A stretch of 64,000 bases of DNA. It comes from Eledone cirrhosa. Taxonomy: Eukaryota. The stretch spans positions 8,928,001-8,992,000 of the forward strand of contig OZ024744.1 of NCBI GenBank assembly GCA_964016885.1, in the 5' to 3' direction. The translations under genes were made by a program, and so were the position numbers. The notes under the pieces were generated by a model. The model did no database searches. It saw nothing but the letters and a program-made list of their open reading frames with translations, and had not been told where the DNA came from. Of the stretch, positions 12,001-27,000 are shown piece by piece (within the stretch, counting starts at the first letter, position 1; each line of letters begins with the position of its first letter).

Positions 12001-15000
12001 TAACTCCAAATCACTTTGTCGAGCAAACCTGTCAAAACCACTACTAAATTTTTGGTGTGTTAGTAGGCTTCTGTCATCTTACCATCCCACTCCTACCGAC
12101 TAGCCTCAGTGTCACGTGATTGATTCTGTAGAATCTACCATTTGACCAGTGACAGCGAGATTTTCAGTGCATGGAATCCAGTCCCCGCTAGCTGTTCCAT
12201 TTACCGAATTATTATTATTTTTATATGAGTCCCCAGTGTCCGCGCATTGCCTGGAGATTTAGCTGAGAATAGACCTCCCTGATGAAGCAATGAATTCTCA
12301 ACAGTTTATTACGTAACTGTCTTTATCCCACTGCAGAATCTAATTAGTTGGTGTGAAAATTTTAGTAAGTAAGTTAACTTTTAAAAAAAATTTTAAAATT
12401 TTCTTATTTTACGTCTTTTATATTATTGTTCTGCCTCCTCCTGCATTGAACCACCTAGGTACTATGACATAACCTGTGTATTTGCAGACATTAGCGTACA
12501 TCTGTGCGCATATGTTAGTAGATATACTAAATTCTATATATTTATCTCCAAATCAGTTTGTCGAGCAAACCTGCCAAAACCACTACTAAATTGTTGGTGT
12601 GTTAGTAGGCTTCTGTCATCTTACCATCCCACTCCTACCGACTAGCCTCAGTGTCACGTGATTGATTCTTTAGAATCTACCATTTGACCAGTGACAGCGA
12701 GATTTTCAGTGCATGGAATCCAGTCCCCGCTAGCTGTCCCATTTACCGAATTATTATTATTTTTATATGAGTCCCCAGTGTCCGCGCATTGCCTGGAGAC
12801 TTAGCTGAGAATAAACCTCCCTGATGACGCAATGAATTCTCAACAGTTTATTACGTAACTGTCTTTATCCCATTGCAGAAACTAATAAGTTGGAGTGAAA
12901 ATTTTAGTAAGTAAGTTTATTTTTTTTAAATTTTTTTAAATTTTCTTATTTTACGTCTTTTATATTATTGTTCTGCATCCTCCTGCATTGAACCACCTAG
13001 GTACTATGACATAACCTGTGTATTTGCTGACATTAGCGTACATCTGTGCGCATATGTTAGTAGATATACTAAATTCTCTATATTTATCTCCAAATCACTT
13101 TGTCGAGTAAACCTGCCAAAACCACTACTAAATTTCTGGTGTGTTAGTAGGCTTCTGTCATCTTACCATCCCACTCCTACCGACTAGCCTCAGTGTCACG
13201 TGATTGATTTTTTAGAATCTACCATTTGACCAGTGACAGCGAGATTTTCAGTGCATGGAATCCAGTCCCCGCTAGCTGTTCAATTTACCGAATTATTATT
13301 ATTTTTATATGTGTCCCCAGTGTCCGCGCATTGCCTGGAGACTTAGCTGAGAATAGACCTCCCTGATGACGCAATGAATTCTCAACAGTTTATTACGTAA
13401 CTGTCTTTATCCCATTGCAGAAACTAATAAGTTGGAGTGAAAATTTTAGTAAGTAAGTTTATTTTTTTAAAATTTTTTAAAATTTTCTTATTTTACGTCT
13501 TTTATATTATTGTTCTGCATCCTCCTGCATTGAACCACCTAGGTACTATGACATAACCTGTGTATTTGCTGACATTAGCGTACATCTGTGCGCATATGTT
13601 AGTAGATATACTAAATTCTCTATATTTATCTCCAAATCACTTTGTCGAGTAAACCTGCCAAAACCACTACTAAATTTCTGGTGTGTTAGTAGGCTTCTGT
13701 CATCTTACCATCCCACTCCTACCGACTAGCCTCAGTGTCACGTGATTGATTTTTTAGAATCTACCATTTGACCAGTGACAGCGAGATTTTCAGTGCATGG
13801 AATCCAGTCCCCGCTAGCTGTTCCATTTACCGAATTATTATTATTTTTATATGTGTCCCCAGTGTCCGCGCATTGCCTGGAGACTTAGCTGAGAATAGAC
13901 CTCCCTGATGACGCAATGAATTCTCAACAGTTTATTACGTAACTCTCTTTATACCATTGCAGAAACTAATTAGTTGGAGTGAAAATTTTAGTAAGTTAAT
14001 TTAAAAAAAAATTTTTTTAATTTTCTTATTTTACGTCTTTTATATTATTGTTCTGCATCCTACTGCATTGAACCACCTAGATACTATGACATAACCTGTG
14101 TATTTGCTGACATTAGCGTACATCTGTGCGCATATGTTAGTAGATATATTAAATTCTCTATATTTATCTCCAAATCACTTTGTCGAGCAAACCTGCCAAA
14201 ATCACTAATAAATTGTTGGTGTGTTAGTAGGCTTCTGTCATCTTACCATCCCACTCCTACCGACTAGCCTCAGTGTCACGTGATTGATTCTTTAGAATCT
14301 ACCATTTGACCAGTGACAGCGAGATTTTCAGTGCATGGAATCCAGTCCCCGCTAGCTGTTCCATTTACCGAATTATTATTATTTTTATATGAGTCCCCAG
14401 TGTCCGCGCATTGCCTGGAGACTTAGCTGAGAATAGACCTCCCTGATGACGCAATGAATTCTCAACAGTTTATTACGTAACTGTCTTTATCCCATTGCAG
14501 AAACTAATAAGTTGGAGTGAAAATTTTAGTAAGTAAGTTAATTTTTTTAAAATTTTTTAAAATTTTCTTATTTTACGTCTTTTATATTATTGTTCTGCAT
14601 CCTCCTGCATTGAACCACCTAGGTACTATGACATAACCTGTGTATTTGCTGACATTAGCGTACATCTGTGCGCATATGTTAGTAGATATACTAAATTCTC
14701 TATATTTAACTCCAAATCACTTTGTCGAGCAAACCTGTCAAAACCACTACTAAATTTTTGGTGTGTTAGTAGGCTTCTGTCATCTTACCATCCCACTCCT
14801 ACCGACTAGCCTCAGTGTCACGTGATTGATTCTTTAGAATCTACCATTTGACCAGTGACAGCGAGATTTTCAGTGCATGGAATCCAGTCCCCGCTAGCTG
14901 TTTCATTTACCGAATTATTATTATTTTTATATGAGTCCCCAGTGTCCGCGCATTGCCTGGAGACTTAGCTGAGAATAGACCTCCCTGATGAAGCAATGAA

Positions 15001-18000
15001 TTCTCAACAGTTTATTACGTAACTGTCTTTATCCCATTGCAGAAACTAATTAGTTGGAGTGAAAATTTTAGTAAGGAAGTTAATTTTTAAAAAAAAATTT
15101 TAAATTTTCTTATTTTACGTCTTTTATATTATTGTTCTCCCTCCTCCTGCATTGAACCACCTAGGTACTATGACATAACCTGTGTATTTGCTGACATTAG
15201 CGTACATCTGTGCGCATATGTTAGTAGATCTACTAAATTCTCTATATTTATCTCCAAATCACTTTGTCGAGCAAACCTGCCAAAACCACTACTAAATTGT
15301 TGGTGTGTTAGTAGGCTTCTGTCATCTTACCATCCCACTCCTACCGACTAGCCTCAGTGTCACGTGATTGATTCTTTAGAATCTACCATTTGACCAGTGA
15401 CAGCGAGATTTTCAGTGCATGGAATCCAGTCCCCGCTAGCTGTCCCATTTACCGAATTATTATTATTTTTATATGAGTCCCCAGTGTCCGCGCATTGCCT
15501 GGAGACTTAGCTGAGAATAAACCTCCCTGATGACGCAATGAATTCTCAACAGTTTATTACGTAACTGTCTTTATCCCATTGCAGAAACTAATAAGTTGGA
15601 GTGAAAATTTTAGTAAGTAAGTTTATTTTTTTTAAATTTTTTAAAATTTTGTTATTTTACGTCTTTTATATTATTGTTCTGCATCCTCCTGCATTGAACC
15701 ACCTAGGTACTATGACATAACCTGTGTATTTGCTGACATTAGCGTACATCTGTGCGCATATGTTAGTAGATATACTAAATTCTCTATATTTATCTCCAAA
15801 TCACTTTGTCGAGTAAACCTGCCAAAACCACTACTAAATTTCTGGTGTGTTAGTAGGCTTCTGTCATCTTACCATCCCACTCCTACCGACTAGCCTCAGT
15901 GTCACGTGATTGATTTTTTAGAATCTACCATTTGACCAGTGACAGCGAGATTTTCAGTGCATGGAATCCAGTCCCCGCTAGCTGTTCCATTTACCGAATT
16001 ATTATTATTTTTATATGTGTCCCCAGTGTCCGCGCATTGCCTGGAGACTTAGCTGAGAATAGACCTCCCTGATGACGCAATGAATTCTCAACAGTTTATT
16101 ACGTAACTGTCTTTATACCATTGCAGAAACTAATTAGTTGGAGTGAAAATTTTAGTAAGTAAGTTAATTTTTAAAAAAATTTTTTTAATTTTCTTATTTT
16201 ACGTCTTTTATATTATTGTTCTGCATCCTACTGCATTGAACCACCTAGATACTATGACATAACCTGTGTATTTGCTGACATTAGCGTACATCTGTGCGCA
16301 TATGTTAGTAGATATATTAAATTCTCTATATTTATCTCCAAATCACTTTGTCGAGCAAACCTGCCAAAATCACTAATAAATTGTTGGTGTGTTAGTAGGC
16401 TTCTGTCATCTTACCATCCCACTCCTACCGACTAGCCTCAGTGTCACGTGATTGATTCTTTAGAATCTACCATTTGACCAGTGACAGCGAGATTTTCAGT
16501 GCATGGAATCCAGTCCCCGCTAGCTGTTCCATTTACCGAATTATTATTATTTTTATATGAGTCCCCAGTGTCCGCGCATTGCCTGGAGACTTAGCTGAGA
16601 ATAGACCTCCCTGATGACGCAATGAATTCTCAACAGTTTATTACGTAACTGTCTTTATCCCATTGCAGAAACTAATAAGTTGGAGTGAAAATTTTAGTAA
16701 GTAAGTTAATTTTTTTAAGATTTTTTTTAATTTTCTTATTTTACGTCTTTTATATTATTGTTCTGCATTCTCCTGCATTGAACCACCTAGGTACTATGAC
16801 ATAACCTGTGTATTTGCTGACATTAGCGTACATCTGTGCGCATATGTTAGTAGATATATTAAATTCTCTATATTTATCTCCAAATCACTTTGTCGAGCAA
16901 ACCTGCCAAAATCACTAATAAATTGTTGGTGTGTTAGTAGGCTTCTGTCATCTTACCATCCCACTCCTACCGACTAGCCTCAGTGTCACGTGATTGATTC
17001 TTTAGAATCTACCATTTGACCAGTGACAGCGAGATTTTCAGTGCATGGAATCCAGTCCCCGCTAGCTGTTCCATTTACCGAATTATTATTATTTTTATAT
17101 GAGTCCCCAGTGTCCGCGCATTGCCTGGAGACTTAGCTGAGAATAGACCTCCCTGATGACGCAATGAATTCTCAACAGTTTATTACGTAACTGTCTTTAT
17201 CCCATTGCAGAAACTAATAAGTTGGAGTGAAAATTTTAGTAAGTAAGTTAATTTTTTTAAAATTTTTTAAAATTTTCTTATTTTACGTCTTTTATATTAT
17301 TGTTCTGCATCCTCCTGCATTGAACCACCTAGGTACTATGACATAACCTGTGTATTTGCTGACATTAGCGTACATCTGTGCGCATATGTTAGTAGATATA
17401 CTAAATTCTCTATATTTAACTCCAAATCACTTTGTCGAGCAAACCTGTCAAAACCACTACTAAATTTTTGGTGTGTTAGTAGGCTTCTGTCATCTTACCA
17501 TCCCACTCCTACCGACTAGCCTCAGTGTCACGTGATTGATTCTTTAGAATCTACCATTTGACCAGTGACAGCGAGATTTTCAGTGCATGGAATCCAGTCC
17601 CCGCTAGCTGTTTCATTTACCGAATTATTATTATTTTTATATGAGTCCCCAGTGTCCGCGCATTGCCTGGAGACTTAGCTGAGAATAGACCTCCCTGATG
17701 AAGCAATGAATTCTCAACAGTTTATTACGTAACTGTCTTTATCCCATTGCAGAAACTAATTAGTTGGAGTGAAAATTTTAGTAAGGAAGTTAATTTTTAA
17801 AAAAAAATTTTAAATTTTCTTATTTTACGTCTTTTATATTATTGTTCTCCCTCCTCCTGCATTGAACCACCTAGGTACTATGACATAACCTGTGTATTTG
17901 CTGACATTAGCGTACATCTGTGCGCATATGTTAGTAGATCTACTAAATTCTCTATATTTATCTCCAAATCACTTTGTCGAGCAAACCTGCCAAAACCACT

Positions 18001-21000
18001 ACTAAATTGTTGGTGTGTTAGTAGGCTTCTGTCATCTTACCATCCCACTCCTACCGACTAGCCTCAGTGTCACGTGATTGATTCTTTAGAATCTACCATT
18101 TGACCAGTGACAGCGAGATTTTCAGTGCATGGAATCCAGTCCCCGCTAGCTGTCCCATTTACCGAATTATTATTATTTTTATATGAGTCCCCAGTGTCCG
18201 CGCATTGCCTGGAGACTTAGCTGAGAATAAACCTCCCTGATGACGCAATGAATTCTCAACAGTTTATTACGTAACTGTCTTTATCCCATTGCAGAAACTA
18301 ATAAGTTGGAGTGAAAATTTTAGTAAGTAAGTTTATTTTTTTTAAATTTTTTAAAATTTTGTTATTTTACGTCTTTTATATTATTGTTCTGCATCCTCCT
18401 GCATTGAACCACCTAGGTACTATGACATAACCTGTGTATTTGCTGACATTAGCGTACATCTGTGCGCATATGTTAGTAGATATACTAAATTCTCTATATT
18501 TATCTCCAAATCACTTTGTCGAGTAAACCTGCCAAAACCACTACTAAATTTCTGGTGTGTTAGTAGGCTTCTGTCATCTTACCATCCCACTCCTACCGAC
18601 TAGCCTCAGTGTCACGTGATTGATTTTTTAGAATCTACCATTTGACCAGTGACAGCGAGATTTTCAGTGCATGGAATCCAGTCCCCGCTAGCTGTTCCAT
18701 TTACCGAATTATTATTATTTTTATATGTGTCCCCAGTGTCCGCGCATTGCCTGGAGACTTAGCTGAGAATAGACCTCCCTGATGACGCAATGAATTCTCA
18801 ACAGTTTATTACGTAACTGTCTTTATACCATTGCAGAAACTAATTAGTTGGAGTGAAAATTTTAGTAAGTAAGTTAATTTTTAAAAAAATTTTTTTAATT
18901 TTCTTATTTTACGTCTTTTATATTATTGTTCTGCATCCTACTGCATTGAACCACCTAGATACTATGACATAACCTGTGTATTTGCTGACATTAGCGTACA
19001 TCTGTGCGCATATGTTAGTAGATATATTAAATTCTCTATATTTATCTCCAAATCACTTTGTCGAGCAAACCTGCCAAAATCACTAATAAATTGTTGGTGT
19101 GTTAGTAGGCTTCTGTCATCTTACCATCCCACTCCTACCGACTAGCCTCAGTGTCACGTGATTGATTCTTTAGAATCTACCATTTGACCAGTGACAGCGA
19201 GATTTTCAGTGCATGGAATCCAGTCCCCGCTAGCTGTTCCATTTACCGAATTATTATTATTTTTATATGAGTCCCCAGTGTCCGCGCATTGCCTGGAGAC
19301 TTAGCTGAGAATAGACCTCCCTGATGACGCAATGAATTCTCAACAGTTTATTACGTAACTGTCTTTATCCCATTGCAGAAACTAATAAGTTGGAGTGAAA
19401 ATTTTAGTAAGTAAGTTAATTTTTTTAAGATTTTTTTTAATTTTCTTATTTTACGTCTTTTATATTATTGTTCTGCATTCTCCTGCATTGAACCACCTAG
19501 GTACTATGACATAACCTGTGTATTTGCTGACATTAGCGTACATCTGTGCGCATATGTTAGTAGATATATTAAATTCTCTATATTTATCTCCAAATCACTT
19601 TGTCGAGCAAACCTGCCAAAATCACTAATAAATTGTTGGTGTGTTAGTAGGCTTCTGTCATCTTACCATCCCACTCCTACCGACTAGCCTCAGTGTCACG
19701 TGATTGATTCTTTAGAATCTACCATTTGACCAGTGACAGCGAGATTTTCAGTGCATGGAATCCAGTCCCCGCTAGCTGTTCCATTTACCGAATTATTATT
19801 ATTTTTATATGAGTCCCCAGTGTCCGCGCATTGCCTGGAGACTTAGCTGAGAATAGACCTCCCTGATGAAGCAATGAATTCTCAACAGTTTATTACGTAA
19901 CTGTCTTTATCCCATTGCAGAAACTAATTAGTTGGAGTGAAAATTTTAGTAAGGAAGTTAATTTTTAAAAAAAAATTTTAAATTTTCTTATTTTACGTCT
20001 TTTATATTATTGTTCTCCCTCCTCCTGCATTGAACCACCTAGGTACTATGACATAACCTGTGTATTTGCTGACATTAGCGTACATCTGTGCGCATATGTT
20101 AGTAGATCTACTAAATTCTCTATATTTATCTCCAAATCACTTTGTCGAGCAAACCTGCCAAAACCACTACTAAATTGTTGGTGTGTTAGTAGGCTTCTGT
20201 CATCTTACCATCCCACTCCTACCGACTAGCCTCAGTGTCACGTGATTGATTCTTTAGAATCTACCATTTGACCAGTGACAGCGAGATTTTCAGTGCATGG
20301 AATCCAGTCCCCGCTAGCTGTCCCATTTACCGAATTATTATTATTTTTATATGAGTCCCCAGTGTCCGCGCATTGCCTGGAGACTTAGCTGAGAATAAAC
20401 CTCCCTGATGACGCAATGAATTCTCAACAGTTTATTACGTAACTGTCTTTATCCCATTGCAGAAACTAATAAGTTGGAGTGAAAATTTTAGTAAGTAAGT
20501 TTATTTTTTTTAAATTTTTTAAAATTTTGTTATTTTACGTCTTTTATATTATTGTTCTGCATCCTCCTGCATTGAACCACCTAGGTACTATGACATAACC
20601 TGTGTATTTGCTGACATTAGCGTACATCTGTGCGCATATGTTAGTAGATATACTAAATTCTCTATATTTATCTCCAAATCACTTTGTCGAGTAAACCTGC
20701 CAAAACCACTACTAAATTTCTGGTGTGTTAGTAGGCTTCTGTCATCTTACCATCCCACTCCTACCGACTAGCCTCAGTGTCACGTGATTGATTTTTTAGA
20801 ATCTACCATTTGACCAGTGACAGCGAGATTTTCAGTGCATGGAATCCAGTCCCCGCTAGCTGTTCCATTTACCGAATTATTATTATTTTTATATGTGTCC
20901 CCAGTGTCCGCGCATTGCCTGGAGACTTAGCTGAGAATAGACCTCCCTGATGACGCAATGAATTCTCAACAGTTTATTACGTAACTGTCTTTATACCATT

Positions 21001-24000
21001 GCAGAAACTAATTAGTTGGAGTGAAAATTTTAGTAAGTAAGTTAATTTTTAAAAAAATTTTTTTAATTTTCTTATTTTACGTCTTTTATATTATTGTTCT
21101 GCATCCTACTGCATTGAACCACCTAGATACTATGACATAACCTGTGTATTTGCTGACATTAGCGTACATCTGTGCGCATATGTTAGTAGATATATTAAAT
21201 TCTCTATATTTATCTCCAAATCACTTTGTCGAGCAAACCTGCCAAAATCACTAATAAATTGTTGGTGTGTTAGTAGGCTTCTGTCATCTTACCATCCCAC
21301 TCCTACCGACTAGCCTCAGTGTCACGTGATTGATTCTTTAGAATCTACCATTTGACCAGTGACAGCGAGATTTTCAGTGCATGGAATCCAGTCCCCGCTA
21401 GCTGTTCCATTTACCGAATTATTATTATTTTTATATGAGTCCCCAGTGTCCGCGCATTGCCTGGAGACTTAGCTGAGAATAGACCTCCCTGATGACGCAA
21501 TGAATTCTCAACAGTTTATTACGTAACTGTCTTTATCCCATTGCAGAAACTAATAAGTTGGAGTGAAAATTTTAGTAAGTAAGTTAATTTTTTTAAAATT
21601 TTTTTAAATTTTCTTATTTTACGTCTTTTATATTATTGTTCTGCATTCTCCTGCATTGAACCACCTAGGTACTATGACATAACCTGTGTATTTGCTGACA
21701 TTAGCGTACATCTGTGCGCATATGTTAGTAGATATACTAAATTCTCTATATTTATCTCCAAATCACTTTGTCGAGTAAACCTGCCAAAACCACTACTAAA
21801 TTTCTGGTGTGTTAGTAGGCTTCTGTCATCTTACCATCCCACTCCTACCGACTAGCCTCAGTGTCACGTGATTGATTCTTTAGAATCTACCATTTGACCA
21901 GTGACAGCGAGATTTTCAGTGCATGGAATCCAGTCCCCGCTAGCTGTTTCATTTACCGAATTATTATTATTTTTATATGAGTCCCCAGTGTCCGCGCATT
22001 GCCTGGAGACTTAGCTGAGAATAGACCTCCCTGATGAAGCAATGAATTCTCAACAGTTTATTACGTAACTGTCTTTATCCCATTGCAGAAACTAATTAGT
22101 TGGAGTGAAAATTTTAGTAAGGAAGTTAATTTTTAAAAAAAAATTTTAAATTTTCTTATTTTACGTCTTTTATATTATTGTTCTCCCTCCTCCTGCATTG
22201 AACCACCTAGGTACTATGACATAACCTGTGTATTTGCTGACATTAGCGTACATCTGTGCGCATATGTTAGTAGATCTACTAAATTCTCTATATTTATCTC
22301 CAAATCACTTTGTCGAGCAAACCTGCCAAAACCACTACTAAATTGTTGGTGTGTTAGTAGGCTTCTGTCATCTTACCATCCCGCTCCTACCGACTAGCCT
22401 CAGTGTCACGTGATTGATTCTTTAGAATCTACCATTTGACCAGTGACAGCGAGATTTTCAGTGCATGGAATCCAGTCCCCGCTAGCTGTTCCATTTACCG
22501 AATTATTATTATTTTTATATGAGTCCCCAGTGTCCGCGCATTGCCTGGAGACTTAGCTGAGAATAGACCTCCCTGATGACGCAATGAATTCTCAACAGTT
22601 TATTACGTAACTGTCTTTATCCCATTGCAGAAACTAATTAGTTGAAGTGAACATTTTAGTAAGTAAGTTAATTTTTTAAAAATTTTTTAAAATTTTCTTA
22701 TTTTACGTCTTTTATATTATTGTTCTGCATCCTCCTGCATTGAACCACCTAGGTACTATGACATAACCTGTGTATTTGCTGACATTAGCGTACATCTGTG
22801 CGCATATGTTAGTAGATATACTAAATTCTCTATATTTATCTCCAAATCACTTTGTCGAGTAAACCTGCCAAAACCACTACTAATTTTTTGGTGTGTTAGT
22901 AGGCTTCTGTCATCTTACCATCCCACTCCTACCGACTAGCCTCAGTGTCACGTGATTGATTTTTTAGAATCTACCATTTGACCAGTGACAGCGAGATTTT
23001 CAGTTCATGGAATCCAGTCCCCGCTAGCTGTTCCATTTACCGAATTATTATTATTTTTATATGAGTCCCCAGTGTCCGCGCATTGCCTGGAGACTTAGCT
23101 GAGAATAGACCTCCCTGATGACGCAATGAATTCTCAACAGTTTATTACGTAACTGTCTTTATACCATTGCAGAAACTAATTAGTTTGAGTGAAAATTTTA
23201 GTAAGTAAGTTAATTTTTAAAAAGATTTTTTTAATTTTCTTATTTTACGTCTTTTATATTATTGTTCTGCATCCTACTGCATTGAACCACCTAGATACTA
23301 TGACATAACCTGTGTATTTGCTGACATTAGCGTACATCTGTGCGCATATGTTAGTAGATATATTAAATTCTCTATATTTATCTCCAAATCACTTTGTCGA
23401 GCAAACCTGCCAAAATCACTAATAAATTGTTGGTTTGTTAGTAGGCTTCTGTCATCTTACCATCCCACTCCTACCGACTAGCCTCAGTGTCACGTGATTG
23501 ATTCTTTAGAATCTACCATTTGACCAGTGACAGCGAGATTTTCAGTGCATGGAATCCAGTCCCCGCTAGCTGTTCCATTTACCGAATTATTATTATTTTT
23601 ATATGAGTCCCCAGTGTCCGCGCATTGCCTGGAGACTTAGCTGAGAATAGACCTCCCTGATGACGCAATGAATTCTCAACAGTTTATTACGTAACTGTCT
23701 TTATCCCATTGCAGAAACTAATAAGTTGGAGTGAAAATTTTAGTAAGTAAGTTAATTTTTTTAAAATTTTTTAAAATTTTCTTATTTTACGTCTTTTATA
23801 TTATTGTTCTGCATCCTCCTGCATTGAACCACCTAGGTACTATGACATAACCTGTGTATTTTCTGACATTAGCGTACATCTGTGCGCATATGTTAGTAGA
23901 TATACTAAATTCTCTATATTTATCTCCAAATCACTTTGTCGAGTAAACCTGCCAAAACCACTACTAAATTTCTGGTGTGTTAGTAGGCTTCTGTCATCTT

Positions 24001-27000
24001 ACCATCCCACTCCTACCGACTAGCCTCAGTGTCACGTGATTGATTTTTTAGAATCTACCATTTGACCAGTGACAGCGAGATTTTCAGTGCATGGAATCCA
24101 GTCCCCGCTAGCTGTTCCATTTACCGAATTATTATTATTTTTATATGTGTCCCCAGTGTCCGCGCATTGCCTGGAGACTTAGCTGAGAATAGACCTCCCT
24201 GATGACGCAATGAATTCTCAACAGTTTATTACGTAACTGTCTTTATACCATTGCAGAAACTAATTAGTTGGAGTGAAAATTTTAGTAAGTAAGTTAATAT
24301 TTAAAAAAATTTTTTTAATTTTCTTATTTTACGTCTTTTATATTATTGTTCTGCATCCTACTGCATTGAACCACCTAGATACTATGACATAACCTGTGTA
24401 TTTGCTGACATTAGCGTACATCTGTGCGCATATGTTAGTAGATATATTAAATTCTCTATATTTATCTCCAAATCACTTTGTCGAGCAAACCTGCCAAAAT
24501 CACTAATAAATTTTTGGTGTGTTAGTAGGCTTCTGTCATCTTACCATCCCACTCCTACCGACTAGCCTCAGTGTCACGTGATTGATTCTTTAGAATCTAC
24601 CATTTGACCAGTGACAGCGAGATTTTCAGTGCATGGAATCCAGTCCCCGCTAGCTGTTTCATTTACCGAATTATTATTATTTTTATATGAGTCCCCAGTG
24701 TCCGCGCATTGCCTGGAGACTTAGCTGAGAATAGCCCTCCCTGATGAAGCAATGAATTCTCAACAGTTTATTACGTAACTGTCTTTATCCCATTGCAGAA
24801 ACTAATTAGTTGGAGTGAAAATTTTAGTAAGGAAGTTAATTTTTAAAAAAAAATTTTAAATTTTCTTATTTTACGTCTTTTATATTATTGTTCTCCCTCC
24901 TCCTGCATTGAACCACCTAGGTACTATGACATAACCTGTGTATTTGCTGACATTAGCGTACATCTGTGCGCATATGTTAGTAGATCTACTAAATTCTCTA
25001 TATTTATCTCCAAATCACTTTGTCGAGCAAACCTGCCAAAACCACTACTAAATGTTGGTGTGTTAGTAGGCTTCTGTCATCTTACCATCCCACTCCTACC
25101 GACTAGCCTCAGTGTCACGTGATTGATTCTTTAGAATCTACCATTTGACCAGTGACAGCGAGATTTTCAGTGCATGGAATCCAGTCCCCGCTAGCTGTTC
25201 CATTTACCGAATTATTATTATTTTTATATGTGTCCCCAGTGTCCGCGCATTGCCTGGAGACTTAGCTGAGAATAGACCTCCCTGATGACGCAATGAATTC
25301 TCAACAGTTTATTACGTAACTGTCTTTATACCATTGCAGAAACTAATTAGTTGGAGTGAAAATTTTAGTAAGTAAGTTAATATTTAAAAAAATTTTTTTA
25401 ATTTTCTTATTTTACGTCTTTTATATTATTGTTCTGCATCCTACTGCATTGAACCACCTAGATACTATGACATAACCTGTGTATTTGCTGACATTAGCGT
25501 ACATCTGTGCGCATATCTTAGTAGATATATTAAATTCTCTATATTTATCTCCAAATCACTTTGTCGAGCAAACCTGCCAAAATCACTAATAAATTTTTGG
25601 TGTGTTAGTAGGCTTCTGTCATCTTACCATCCCACTCCTACCGACTAGCCTCAGTGTCACGTGATTGATTTTTTAGAATCTACCATTTGACCAGTGACAG
25701 CGAGATTTTCAGTTCATGGAATCGAGTCCCCGCTAGCTGTTCCATTTACCGAATTATTATTATTTTTATATGAGTCCCCAGTGTCCGCGCATTGCCTGGA
25801 GACTTAGCTGAAAATAGACCTCCCTGATGACGCAATGAATTCTCAACAGTTTATTACGTAACTGTCTTTATCCCATTGCAGAAACTAATTAGTTGGAGTG
25901 AAAATTTTAGTAAGTAAGTTAATTTTTTAAAAATTTTTTTAATTTTCTTATTTTACGTCTTTTATATTATTGTTCTGCATCCTCCTGCATTGAACCACCT
26001 AGGTACTATGACATAACCTGTGTATTTGCTGACATTAGCGTACATCTGTGCGCATATCTTAGTAGATATATTAAATTCTCTATATTTATCTCCAAATCAC
26101 TTTGTCGAGCAAACCTGCCAAAATCACTAATAAATTTTTGGTGTGTTAGTAGGCTTCTGTCATCTTACCATCCCACTCCTACCGACTAGCCTCAGTGTCA
26201 CGTGATTGATTTTTTAGAATCTACCATTTGACCAGTGACAGCGAGATTTTCAGTTCATGGAATCGAGTCCCCGCTAGCTGTTCCATTTACCGAATTATTA
26301 TTATTTTTATATGAGTCCCCAGTGTCCGCGCATTGCCTGGAGACTTAGCTGAAAATAGACCTCCCTGATGACGCAATGAATTCTCAACAGTTTATTACGT
26401 AACTGTCTTTATCCCATTGCAGAAACTAATTAGTTGGAGTGAAAATTTTAGTAAGTAAGTTAATTTTTTAAAAATTTTTTTAATTTTCTTATTTTACGTC
26501 TTTTATATTATTGTTCTGCATCCTCCTGCATTGAACCACCTAGGTACTATGACATAACCTGTGTATTTGCTGACATTAGCGTACATCTGGACGCATATGT
26601 TAGTAGATATACTAAATTCTCTATATTTATCTCCAAATCAGTTTGTCGAGCAAACCTGCCAAAACCACTACTAAATTTTTGGTGTGTTAGTAGGCTTCTG
26701 TCATCTTACCATCCCACTCCTACCGACTAGCCTCAGTGTCACGTGATTGATTCTTTAGAATCTACCATTTGACCAGTGACAGCGAGATTTTCAGTGCATG
26801 GAATCCAGTCCCCGCTAGCTGTTCCATTTACCGAATTATTATTATTTTTATATGAATCCCCAGTGTCCACGCATTGCCTGGAGACTTAGTTGAGAATAGA
26901 CCTCCCTGATGACGCAATGAATTCTCAACAGTTTATTACGTAACTGTCTTTATCCTATTGCAGAAACTAATTAGTTGGAGTGAAAATTTTAGTAAGTAAG

